From positions 3,712,001-3,776,000 of the forward strand of contig OZ251518.1 of NCBI GenBank assembly GCA_965242965.1: a stretch of DNA of 64,000 nucleotides, given 5' to 3'. Origin of the DNA: Candidatus Poribacteria bacterium. GTDB lineage: Bacteria > Poribacteria > WGA-4E > WGA-3G. The notes beneath the pieces were generated by a model. The model searched no databases and had not been told where the DNA came from. It saw only the letters and a list, made by a program, of their open reading frames with translations. Each line of letters starts with the position of its first letter. Within the stretch, counting starts at the first letter, position 1. A program made the translations under genes and the position numbers. This document shows positions 9,713 to 18,317 of the stretch, in pieces.

Positions 9713-10765
9713 ATGAAAACCATCGTTTTTGAAAAAATCGGACAGCTGCGCATCCAAGAGAAGCCTATCCCCACACTTGACGCGGGCGATGTGCTCATCC
9801 AAATGGAATTGTGCGGCATCTGTGCATCCGATCTTGCCGCTCTCCGAGGCGATGTCTCCGACTACGCACCGCCTGTTGTTATGGGACATGAACTCGCCGG
9901 ATTCATCGTGGAGAGCCGACACCCCGATGTCAAAGTCGGCGAGAAGGTTACCGTTAACCCGATGCTCTCTTGCGGCGTTTGCACGCATTGCAAAAATGAC
10001 CGGGGTAAATACTGCGACACCATTGAAGGCATCGGGCATGACATTGACGGCGGCTATGCGGAATATATCCGCATGCCAAAGCACGGTGTGGATACCGGTA
10101 AACTCATTCGCGTGCCGGAAACTATGCCTGCAGCGGAGTTGCTGTTCTTGGAACCCCTCGGCTGTTGTATCAATGCGATGCAGGAGACTTTGGGGGATAG
10201 TCCTCGCGTGCAGACAGGCGCGCCTACGGGTGCAGTCGCAATCCTCGGCGCGGGGCCGATAGGCTTGATGTTAACGCAACTCGCCAAACGCCGCGGTTTA
10301 GCAACTTACGTGCTGGAACCGCTCGCGCACCGCAGAACCGTCGCCGAAGAAGTCGGTGCAGATGCGACGTTCAGCATTGCCGCTGACGATGTCGCGCACC
10401 TCCGGGACATCACTGATGGCGGCGTGGACACCGTCATCTCCGCGACGACGAACAACGCCGCCGCCATCGCGCTCGCTTTTGACGTGGCGCGGCGAGGCGG
10501 ATGCATCAACTTCTTCGGGCTCGCCCCGGAAGGACAGGAACTCCGCATTAACTTAGAACAATTCCATTACGATGGACATAAACTGATGGCATCGTGGGCA
10601 TTTTCACGCGCAAGCCTTGAGGCATCGCGGCAGTTGTTAATCGAGAAGGCGTTAAATTTCGCGCCGCTGTTAACTGCGCGGTTCCCGATTGAGAAAGGCT
10701 TAGAGGCGTTTGATACTGCAGCGGCACATCAGGGGGTGAAGACTGCGGTGCATGGATGCCCTTGA
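9713..10765 (+). CDS. Zinc-dependent alcohol/sugar-alcohol dehydrogenase (MDR family)
   Basis: CGICASD, GHE, structural zinc CGVCTHC..C, GAGPIG. Confidence 0.92.
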   Translation: MKTIVFEKIGQLRIQEKPIPTLDAGDVLIQMELCGICASDLAALRGDVSDYAPPVVMGHELAGFIVESRHPDVKVGEKVTVNPMLSCGVCTHCKNDRGKYCDTIEGIGHDIDGGYAEYIRMPKHGVDTGKLIRVPETMPAAELLFLEPLGCCINAMQETLGDSPRVQTGAPTGAVAILGAGPIGLMLTQLAKRRGLATYVLEPLAHRRTVAEEVGADATFSIAADDVAHLRDITDGGVDTVISATTNNAAAIALAFDVARRGGCINFFGLAPEGQELRINLEQFHYDGHKLMASWAFSRASLEASRQLLIEKALNFAPLLTARFPIEKGLEAFDTAAAHQGVKTAVHGCP

Positions 10766-10950
10766 TTTCTTCGCATTATTCGTGTATAATTGAGGGTGTT
10801 TGTCGAGACCGGGAGGTCTCTCCTACCGGGGTGCATCGAGACCGAGGTCTCTCCTACGTTAATCCGATGTCTATAAGGAGGTAAGAACTCACAGCGTGAG
10901 TTCTGCCTGGTCTGGGAACGCTATTCAATACCACCAGGCAAAACAAAACC

Positions 10951-11796
10951 ATGATTCTTGGCGCGCATGTATCAACAGCCGGCGGTTTACACAACGCCAT
11001 CAAAAACGGCGATAAACTCCGCTGTGACGTGATACAAATTTTTCTGCAAAATCCAAACCAGTGGAAGCCGAAACCCATCGGGACAGATGGCATCGAAAAG
11101 TTCAAGGCGGCGTGGTGTGAATCGCCGATTCGCGAAGTAGTGGCGCATGATATCCACTTGAGCAATCTCGCCTCGCCGAAACCTGACGTATTGACCAAAT
11201 CGCGCGAGCAATTTCGGGCACAGCTGGAATTAGCGGCGCAGCTCGGCATCAGCGGCATCGTCACACACCTCGGCGCGCACCTCGGTGAAGGCGAATCTGT
11301 CGGTTTGAAGCGGCTGACAGAAAGTTTTGACGAACTCTTTGAGACTTCCGATGCGCCGGCAGTCACTGTGCTACTTGAAACCACCGCTGGGCAAGGGACA
11401 AACCTCGGCTACCGGTTTGAGCACCTGCGCGATGTGATTGCGATGTCCCGGTATCCGGCGCGATTCGGTGTCTGCTTTGACACGTGTCACGTCTTCGCCG
11501 CCGGTTACGATATGCGCACGGAGGCGGATTGCGAGGCAGTCTTTGCGGAGTTTGACGCGGTTATCGGCTTGGAACGGTTGCAGGCGTTTCATCTCAACGA
11601 CGCGAAATCGGAATATGAGAGCCGCGTGGACAGGCATGCGCACATCGGCGAAGGCAACATCGGTTCGGAGGCGTTCGCGTTCATCGTCAACGATGCCCGT
11701 TTTGCTGAGGTGCCGCTCATCATTGAAACGCCGGAGCTGAAAACGATGCATGAGGTGAATCTTGCAACCTTGCGTAGGTTAGCAGGCGTTTCATGA
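10951..11796 (+). CDS. nfo: Endonuclease IV (AP endonuclease)
   Basis: LGAHVSTAGG, LLETTAGQG, DTCHVFAAGYD, HLND..DRHAHIGEG, IIETP. Confidence 0.95.
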   Translation: MILGAHVSTAGGLHNAIKNGDKLRCDVIQIFLQNPNQWKPKPIGTDGIEKFKAAWCESPIREVVAHDIHLSNLASPKPDVLTKSREQFRAQLELAAQLGISGIVTHLGAHLGEGESVGLKRLTESFDELFETSDAPAVTVLLETTAGQGTNLGYRFEHLRDVIAMSRYPARFGVCFDTCHVFAAGYDMRTEADCEAVFAEFDAVIGLERLQAFHLNDAKSEYESRVDRHAHIGEGNIGSEAFAFIVNDARFAEVPLIIETPELKTMHEVNLATLRRLAGVS

Positions 11797-11818
11797 CCCT
11801 GCACGATGTCTTCAAATG

Positions 11819-11955
11819 CACCGTAGGTTGAGGGCCTGTCCCTCAACATGCCGCAAATTAATAAAATGCACCGTAGGTTGAGGGCCTGTCCCTCAACAGG
11901 CCGCGATGAGTTAACATCCACCGTAGGTTGAGGGCCTGTCCCTCAACAGGCCGCA
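11819..11955 (+). repeat. Three head-to-tail REP variants with an exact 50-nt period
   Basis: CCGTAGGTTGAGGGCCTGTCCCTCAACA at 11821, 11871 and 11921. Confidence 0.95.
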
Positions 11956-12023
11956 ATCCAATCTAAGTGATAACGGTAAAATAAAAAAGGTTAAGGCACA
12001 TAAGCATCGTCGGAGAACAAAAG

Positions 12024-12209
12024 ATGCGTATCGGTTTTTGGGAAGTTGCATTCCTACTCATCCTCTTTTTCGGGATAATCCTTATCTCGCGCATCGTTAC
12101 CCATTTTCAAACGAAGCGCGTCTGTCCAAACTGCGGTTTGGCGATTCGGACAGCCGCGCGGCGGTGCCCTGAATGTGACCGTAAATTTCCCCAGAAGGTA
12201 TCAACATGA
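12024..12209 (+). CDS. Small membrane protein with C-terminal zinc ribbon
   Basis: TM helix followed by CPNC..CPEC; GGAG SD; ATGA overlap with the next gene. Confidence 0.7.
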   Translation: MRIGFWEVAFLLILFFGIILISRIVTHFQTKRVCPNCGLAIRTAARRCPECDRKFPQKVST

Positions 12210-12412
12210 CAAAGTTAAAACTCAAAATCAACGGCATGTCCTGTCAGCACTGCGTCAAAACGGTGACAGATGCCTTGACAGAAGTGGAAGGCGTTCAGCG
12301 CGTCAAAGTCAATCTGCGAAAAGGCGAAGCCACCTTGCGCTTTGACGAGACGCGCGCCACGACTGCACACCTCACAGCGGCAATAACGGATGCTGGTTTT
12401 GAGGTAGTATAG
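12206..12412 (+). CDS. copZ: Heavy-metal-associated (CopZ-like) copper chaperone
   Basis: GMSCQHC motif, 68 aa, ends AGFEVV. Confidence 0.88.
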   Translation: MTKLKLKINGMSCQHCVKTVTDALTEVEGVQRVKVNLRKGEATLRFDETRATTAHLTAAITDAGFEVV

Positions 12413-12584
12413 AAACGCTCACCGTTCTGATTTCTCTCGCGCAGCCCACCTCTGTAGTTCGGGAGCGCCTGCTCCCGATCGGGGCCGGATCAGGTAATCT
12501 TGCCCTACAGGTGTGATGCGATCTGCCAGCAAAACGCATGGCGAGGGCCTGTCCCCCGCTTTCTTTCTCGCAGAGCTAGACATC

Positions 12585-12603
12585 AACAACCGCTAGGAAC
12601 AAC
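12585..12603 (+). promoter_or_regulatory. 19-nt leader motif shared with dnaE
   Basis: AACAACCGCTAGGAACAAC, 5 nt before the obgE ATG. Confidence 0.6.
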
Positions 12604-12608
12604 CAAAA

Positions 12609-13910
12609 ATGGACACGGCTAAAATCGAAGTCAAAGCAGGCAACGGCGGCAACGGATGCATCAGTTTCCGTCGCGAAAAATATGTGCCGCGCGGTGGCCC
12701 CGATGGTGGCAACGGTGGCAACGGTGGCGATGTCATTTTCGTTGCAACCCTAGGCATGAGCACCCTCATCGATCTTCGGCATAACCCACGTCAAGTTGCC
12801 GGGAACGGCGCGCACGGCACCGGCAAACAGCGCGATGGCGCGGATGGCACAGATTGCATCGTCAAAGTCCCTGTCGGCACCATTGTGAGAACGGTGGACA
12901 CCGAGGCTGTCCTCGCCGATTTGACGGTGCCTGAACAGCGCGTTGTCGCTGCACGCGGCGGCATCGGTGGCAAAGGCAATGCTCGCTTTAAGAGCAGCAC
13001 GTTCCGAACCCCGCGCGTCGCCGAGAGAGGTGAGCCGGGGGAGGAGCGTGAGATAGGGCTTGAGGTGAAACTCATCGCCGATGTCGGGTTAGTTGGGTAT
13101 CCGAACGCCGGCAAGTCGACGTTATTGGCGCGGACTTCGGCTGCCACACCGAAAATTGCCGCGTATCCGTTCACCACGTTGCGTCCCAACTTAGGCGTTG
13201 TCCGCATCAATCGCGAGCAGAATTTTGTCCTCGCCGACATTCCGGGATTGATAGAGGGCGCGCATCAAGGCGCGGGGCTCGGACATCAATTTTTGCGCCA
13301 CATTGAACGGACAAAGATGCTGATTCACGTGCTTGACGTTAGCGCGACTGACGGCCGCGAACCGATTGCCGATTATGAACAACTGAACCTTGAGTTGGGA
13401 CGCTACACCCCATCGCATTCAGAAGAGCACGCCTTCCGGAAGTTATCAGAACTGCCGCAACTCATCGCCTTAAATAAAATAGATATGCCGGCATCGGCGG
13501 CGAATGTGGCACGTGTGCAGGCGTATTTCGGCAGGAGGCCGGTGTTTCCCATCTCTGCAATCACGGGTGAAGGCGTGAATCGCCTGATGCACCAAGCGTA
13601 TCGTTCGCTGCAGCATCTGGAGGAGCGTGCGCGCGCTGAAGCGGAAGCCACGATTGCGTTTGAACCAGAGGAGCCGCCAACACCTCGCGAGCGCTTTGAA
13701 CTCCTTCAAACAGGCGATAGGTTTGTTATCAAGGGTGCCGAACCGCGGCGCGCCGTGCTCATGACAGATATGGAGAACGAGCAAGCGTTGATTCTGCTCT
13801 ATCGGAAATTGAAAAAGATGGGTGTGATGAATGCCCTCCACCGCGCCGGCGCGGTGGAAGGAGACACCGTCCAAATTGATGAATTTGAGTTCACATACAC
13901 CCCCAAATAA
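12609..13910 (+). CDS. obgE: GTPase ObgE/CgtA with C-terminal DUF1967-type domain
   Basis: FRREKYVPRGGPDGG, GYPNAGKST, YPFTT, DIPGLIEGA, NKID. Confidence 0.97.
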   Translation: MDTAKIEVKAGNGGNGCISFRREKYVPRGGPDGGNGGNGGDVIFVATLGMSTLIDLRHNPRQVAGNGAHGTGKQRDGADGTDCIVKVPVGTIVRTVDTEAVLADLTVPEQRVVAARGGIGGKGNARFKSSTFRTPRVAERGEPGEEREIGLEVKLIADVGLVGYPNAGKSTLLARTSAATPKIAAYPFTTLRPNLGVVRINREQNFVLADIPGLIEGAHQGAGLGHQFLRHIERTKMLIHVLDVSATDGREPIADYEQLNLELGRYTPSHSEEHAFRKLSELPQLIALNKIDMPASAANVARVQAYFGRRPVFPISAITGEGVNRLMHQAYRSLQHLEERARAEAEATIAFEPEEPPTPRERFELLQTGDRFVIKGAEPRRAVLMTDMENEQALILLYRKLKKMGVMNALHRAGAVEGDTVQIDEFEFTYTPK

Positions 13911-13947
13911 GGTTTGCACCGTAAAAGTTTAGTCCAGGCGCGTCGTC

Positions 13948-13979
13948 ATTGACAGATTGACAGATTAACAGATTGACAG
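13948..13979 (+). repeat. (ATTGACAG)x4 short tandem repeat
   Basis: ATTGACAG ATTGACAG ATTAACAG ATTGACAG between obgE and proB. Confidence 0.85.
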
Positions 13980-14010
13980 CATCACTGATGGATTTGGGAA
14001 GGAGATAGGA

Positions 14011-15180
14011 TTGCACCAAGAACGTATACGAACGCTTGGCGATGTCCAAAAAATCGTGGTGAAGGTGGGCAGTAGCACGCTTTCAGATGGCGCGCACCTC
14101 AACGAAGCCGCCCTTGATGGGCTCGTCCACGACTTGGCGATTGTCAAACAAGATGGAGTGGAGGTAATCCTTGTCACATCGGGTGCGATTGCGGCGGGGT
14201 GGCCCCAACTCGGTTTTCGGCAACGTCCGCAAACGTTACCAGGGTTGCAAGCGGCTGCCGCTGTCGGACAGATTCGGCTGATGTCGGCATACGAGGAGCG
14301 GTTTCGTCATTATGGACAACGCGCCGCGCTGCTGCTGCTCACACAAGACGATTTCTCCGATAGGAAACGCTATATTCGCATGAGCGACACCCTCCGGACG
14401 CTGCTCCACCTCGGGGCAATTCCGATTATCAACGAGAACGATACCGTCGCCGTGGACGAAATCAAAGTCGGCGATAACGATACGTTGTCTGCCTACGTAA
14501 CGAACCTCGCCGAGGCGCAGCTCCTCGTCATTTTGTCAGACCAGGCGGGGTTTTATACCGCCGATCCGCGGGTGCATCCGGATACGAAACTGATTGATAC
14601 TGTCTCGGCGATATCGGCGGAGATGTGGACAGCCGCCGGGAGTGCAGGCACGAGTGTCGGCACAGGCGGCATGCTGACGAAACTGCGCGCCGCCGAGATT
14701 GTCACCGGTTCCGGTGAAATGATGGTGCTGGCTGATGGCAAGGAACCGCTCGCTGTGACACGCATCTTGAAAGGCGAACGCCTCGGCACGCTGTTTCTGC
14801 CGCAAGCCCGAATCACTAGCAAGAAACGGTGGATTGCCTATTCGCGCCCGCCGAAAGGTAGGCTATTCGTTGATAACGGCGCGCACGATGCACTCGTGCA
14901 AGGCGGAAAAAGTCTGCTGCCTGTCGGCATCCGCCGCGTTGAGGGGCATTTTGACTATGGCGACACCGTCTCCTGTTTCACCGATGATAATGCCTCTTCG
15001 CGCGTAGGAGAGCTCCCGCAATCTCGATGGGGACGCGAGTTCGCGCGCGGGCTGGTGAACTATAATTCAACACAAACGGCGCAACTCGCTGGCAAACAGA
15101 CGAAGGATATTGATAAAATCCTCGGCTACCGCGATTACGATGAGATTATCCACCGTGATAACCTTGTCTTATTGGATTGA
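14011..15180 (+). CDS. proB: Glutamate 5-kinase with PUA domain
   Basis: VVKVGSS, TSGAIAAG, PIINENDTV, GDND, GTGGMLTKL, IHRDNLV. Confidence 0.97.
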   Translation: MHQERIRTLGDVQKIVVKVGSSTLSDGAHLNEAALDGLVHDLAIVKQDGVEVILVTSGAIAAGWPQLGFRQRPQTLPGLQAAAAVGQIRLMSAYEERFRHYGQRAALLLLTQDDFSDRKRYIRMSDTLRTLLHLGAIPIINENDTVAVDEIKVGDNDTLSAYVTNLAEAQLLVILSDQAGFYTADPRVHPDTKLIDTVSAISAEMWTAAGSAGTSVGTGGMLTKLRAAEIVTGSGEMMVLADGKEPLAVTRILKGERLGTLFLPQARITSKKRWIAYSRPPKGRLFVDNGAHDALVQGGKSLLPVGIRRVEGHFDYGDTVSCFTDDNASSRVGELPQSRWGREFARGLVNYNSTQTAQLAGKQTKDIDKILGYRDYDEIIHRDNLVLLD

Positions 15181-15311
15181 TGCCAAATGCGGTGAGATGT
15201 GTTCGCGGGTAAAAATAAAAATCAGTTGCATGTTTCCTTGTTTTCGGGTAAAATATTGTAAAAGGAGCACTCCGAACTTCGTATTGGAGAGTTTCTGAAG
15301 GAGTTAGTTCA

Positions 15312-15755
15312 ATGCTGCAGAAACGTGGCATCTATCAGCAAATTGTGCGAGTCCTAGAGAGCCATGGTGGACTGATACTATCACACATCGCTATCTTTTT
15401 CTTCTATGGCTATCTGTTTCTCGCACACTGGAAACCCAACAGCGGGCTGGTGAAATTACTGCAAGCGCATGGCAGCACTGCACAAGTTGTCTCGATTGCA
15501 GCTATTTTGACAGGCGCATTGCTTATATGGTGGGGTGAAAAAGTGTTATTTCGTTTGAAGGAGCGTGAGGAGTTGGAGCACCTAAGACATCTCGTCGCCG
15601 AATTGAAACCGCTGACTGCAAGAGTCGCTCTTCTGGAACAACAGAACGCCGAGAAGGACGCGCGTCTTGCCGAGAAGGACGCGCGCATCGCCCAATTGGA
15701 GAACCAGAAGGCACCGTCGCAGCCGGCGCAGCAATCAGAAACGCTGCCAAGTTAA
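15312..15755 (+). CDS. Hypothetical membrane protein: two TM helices plus coiled-coil tail
   Basis: AAGGAG SD; two hydrophobic segments; AEKDAR heptads. Confidence 0.7.
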   Translation: MLQKRGIYQQIVRVLESHGGLILSHIAIFFFYGYLFLAHWKPNSGLVKLLQAHGSTAQVVSIAAILTGALLIWWGEKVLFRLKEREELEHLRHLVAELKPLTARVALLEQQNAEKDARLAEKDARIAQLENQKAPSQPAQQSETLPS

Positions 15756-16002
15756 ACGCACCGGCGGCTTATTTACCGCGGCGCGTAATAACGAAGGTGC
15801 AGTGCGCCTCTTCAGGTCCGTTAGGCACTTCATTGAACAGCGAACATGCAGATGTCAGGACCCATTAAGGTGCTAAAAGCCCTCGGGGTTCTCGGACGTC
15901 TGCCGTGCTCTAGTTATTGGGCTGGCGGACCCAAAGAGGCGTTTTGAGGCGCATTTCAAAACATCCTCAGTTAAAAGCGAGGGTGAAAAGGGAGGTGAAA
16001 AA

Positions 16003-16311
16003 GTGTTATTTCGTTTGAAGGAGCGTGAGGAGTTGGAGCACCTAAGACATCTCGTCGCCGAGTTGGAACGGCTGCCTGCAAAAGTCGCTCTTCTGGAACA
16101 ACATAACGCCGAGTTGGAACGGCTGGCTGCAAAAATCGCTCTTCTGGAACTACAGAATGCCGAGAAGGATGCGCGCATTGCCGAGAAGGATGCGCGCATC
16201 GCCGAGAAAGACGCGCGCATTGCCGAGAAGGATGCGCGCATCGCCCAATTGATAGCGCGCATCGCCCAATTGGAAAACCAGAAGGCACTGGCGCAGCCGA
16301 AGCAACAATAG
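16003..16311 (+). CDS. Truncated paralogue of the 15312 gene: coiled coil only, with expanded AEKDARI repeats
   Basis: Near-identical DNA to 15535-15720; GGAGGTG SD before GTG 16003. Confidence 0.55.
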   Translation: MLFRLKEREELEHLRHLVAELERLPAKVALLEQHNAELERLAAKIALLELQNAEKDARIAEKDARIAEKDARIAEKDARIAQLIARIAQLENQKALAQPKQQ

Positions 16312-16372
16312 GAACACCGGCGCGGTAAACGCTCAGGCATGTTTACCTTAGCGGATACTAACGGAGGCAGCC

Positions 16373-16942
16373 ATGGCAACTGCTGCAGCATACGCCTACC
16401 TGACACAGGAAGAATACCTTGCCTTTGAACGCGCGGCGGACATCAAACACGAATACTGCAACGGGCAGCTCTACGCGATGTCCGGTGCCAGCCGCGCCCA
16501 TAACCTAATCTCTGGCAATATATTTGGTGAACTCCGCGCGCAATTAAAAGGGCGGACGTGCGAAGTTTATATGAGCGAGATGCGGGTGCTCGTTGATGCG
16601 GCTCGCTCGTATCGGTATCCTGATGTGGTTGTCGCTTGTGATGTCCCCCGTTTTCAGGATGATGTCTTTGATACGCTGCTCAACCCAACCGTGATTGTCG
16701 AGGTGCTTTCTCAGTCTACGGAAGCACGCGACCGGGGTGAGAAATTCGCCGAGTATGCACAGTTAGTTTCGCTGCGCGAATACATCCTCGTTGCGCAAAA
16801 AGCGGTGCATGTCGAACATTATTTGCGTCAAGGCACGCAGTGGATATCGCGCGAATGCTGGGACTTGGACGCGGTGCTGCAGTTGGAGTCAATCAACTGC
16901 GCGCTGCCTTTACGCGACATTTACGAACGATTAAACTTGTAG
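16373..16942 (+). CDS. Uma2 family putative restriction endonuclease
   Basis: EEYL..KHEY..G..YAMSGAS..H, YPDVVV, VEVLSQSTEARDRGEKF. Confidence 0.92.
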   Translation: MATAAAYAYLTQEEYLAFERAADIKHEYCNGQLYAMSGASRAHNLISGNIFGELRAQLKGRTCEVYMSEMRVLVDAARSYRYPDVVVACDVPRFQDDVFDTLLNPTVIVEVLSQSTEARDRGEKFAEYAQLVSLREYILVAQKAVHVEHYLRQGTQWISRECWDLDAVLQLESINCALPLRDIYERLNL

Positions 16943-16976
16943 GCGAGACCTCCCAGTCTCAATTGTAGGAGAATCA

Positions 16977-18236
16977 ATGAGCGAAAACATTCAACAAACC
17001 ATCCAATCTAAAGCACAAAAGGCGAAAGCCGCGATGCGCGTCTTATCGCGCAGCTCCGCCGATGTGCGAAATAACGCACTGCTAGCGATGGCAGAAAATG
17101 TGAAAAACGCCACAGACGAAATTCAGATGGCAAACCGCATTGATTTGGAGAACGGTGAGAAAACAGGACTCGCCGCGCCACTCATGCAGCGGCTGCTGCT
17201 TGACGACAAGAAAATCGACCGGATGGTGGACAACCTGCGGCAAGTCGCCGCACTCCCAGATCCGATTGGTTCTATCATCAGCATGGGTGAACGGCCGAAT
17301 GGCCTCAACATCGGCACCATCCGTGTGCCTATCGGCGTAGTCGCGGTGGTGTATGAGTCGCGGCCCGATGTCACCGTGGAAGTCTCGGCACTTTGCATAA
17401 AATCTGGGAACGGCGTTATCCTGCGGGGCGGTTCGGAGGCGATTCATTCCAATACGACACTCGCGCGCATTCTCAGTGAGACTGCTGCCGCCGAAGGCAT
17501 CCCCGGTCCGATTCAGTTCGTGGAGACGACGGATAGACAGGCGGTGCATGAACTGATTCGCCTGCCGGCGTTCATCGATCTGGTTATTCCGCGCGGTAGC
17601 AACGAATTCGTCCAATTCCTGATGCGTAAATCGGATATCCCGGTGCTTGGCCATGCGGACGGCATCTGTCATATTTACGTTGACAAAGCCGCCGACCTGG
17701 GTATGGCCGCCGACATCACCATGAATGCGAAAGTCGGTTACAAAGTCGGTGTCTGCAATGCGGTAGAGACGCTGCTCGTCCACGAGGCAGTCGCCGAGGA
17801 ATTTCTGCCGGTTATCGGGAACCAGTTGCGCGATGCGAATGTTGAGGTGCGCGGATGCGAACGGACGCAGCAGCTCCTTCCGGATGCTATCCCCGCAACG
17901 GAAACCGATTGGCGCACCGAATACCTTGACTATATCCTCTCCGTGCGCGTTGTCGACAGCCTTGACACCGCGGTGGAGCACATCGAGACTTACGGTTCGC
18001 ATCATTCGGATGCCATCATCACCGAGAGTTATTCCGCCTCGCAACGCTTCCTGAAGGAGGTGGATTCCGCCGCTGTCTATGTCAACGCCAGCACCGTGTT
18101 CACAGATGGTTATGAATTCGGGCTCGGTGCCGAAGTGGGCATTAGCACCCAGAAACTCCACTCCCGCGGCCCGATGGGGCTTGAGGGTTTGACAAGTTAT
18201 AAGTATATTATTTACGGGGATGGACAGGTGCGGTAG
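16977..18236 (+). CDS. proA: Gamma-glutamyl phosphate reductase
   Basis: VYESRP, ILRGGSEA, VIPRG, VCNAVETLLVH, GAEVGISTQKLHSRGPMGL. Confidence 0.97.
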   Translation: MSENIQQTIQSKAQKAKAAMRVLSRSSADVRNNALLAMAENVKNATDEIQMANRIDLENGEKTGLAAPLMQRLLLDDKKIDRMVDNLRQVAALPDPIGSIISMGERPNGLNIGTIRVPIGVVAVVYESRPDVTVEVSALCIKSGNGVILRGGSEAIHSNTTLARILSETAAAEGIPGPIQFVETTDRQAVHELIRLPAFIDLVIPRGSNEFVQFLMRKSDIPVLGHADGICHIYVDKAADLGMAADITMNAKVGYKVGVCNAVETLLVHEAVAEEFLPVIGNQLRDANVEVRGCERTQQLLPDAIPATETDWRTEYLDYILSVRVVDSLDTAVEHIETYGSHHSDAIITESYSASQRFLKEVDSAAVYVNASTVFTDGYEFGLGAEVGISTQKLHSRGPMGLEGLTSYKYIIYGDGQVR

Positions 18237-18317
18237 TAGAAACGGGCGCGCCTATAAGTTGATGGGATACCGGATAACCTCATCGAAACCCGCGAAAAAC
18301 AACCACGGAGGACAGAC

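Noticed and set aside
11819-11955. CRISPR array
   Set aside because: Only three repeats, spacers about 15 nt, the repeat is a REP variant, and there are no cas genes
13405-13445. Extra PSHSEEHAFRK segment in ObgE as a REP insertion
   Set aside because: No GTAG or palindrome similarity to the repeat families
17082-18161. Long antisense ORFs (also 42068-42871, 44090-45073, 49714-50856)
   Set aside because: Shadow frames opposite well-supported genes in GC-rich DNA
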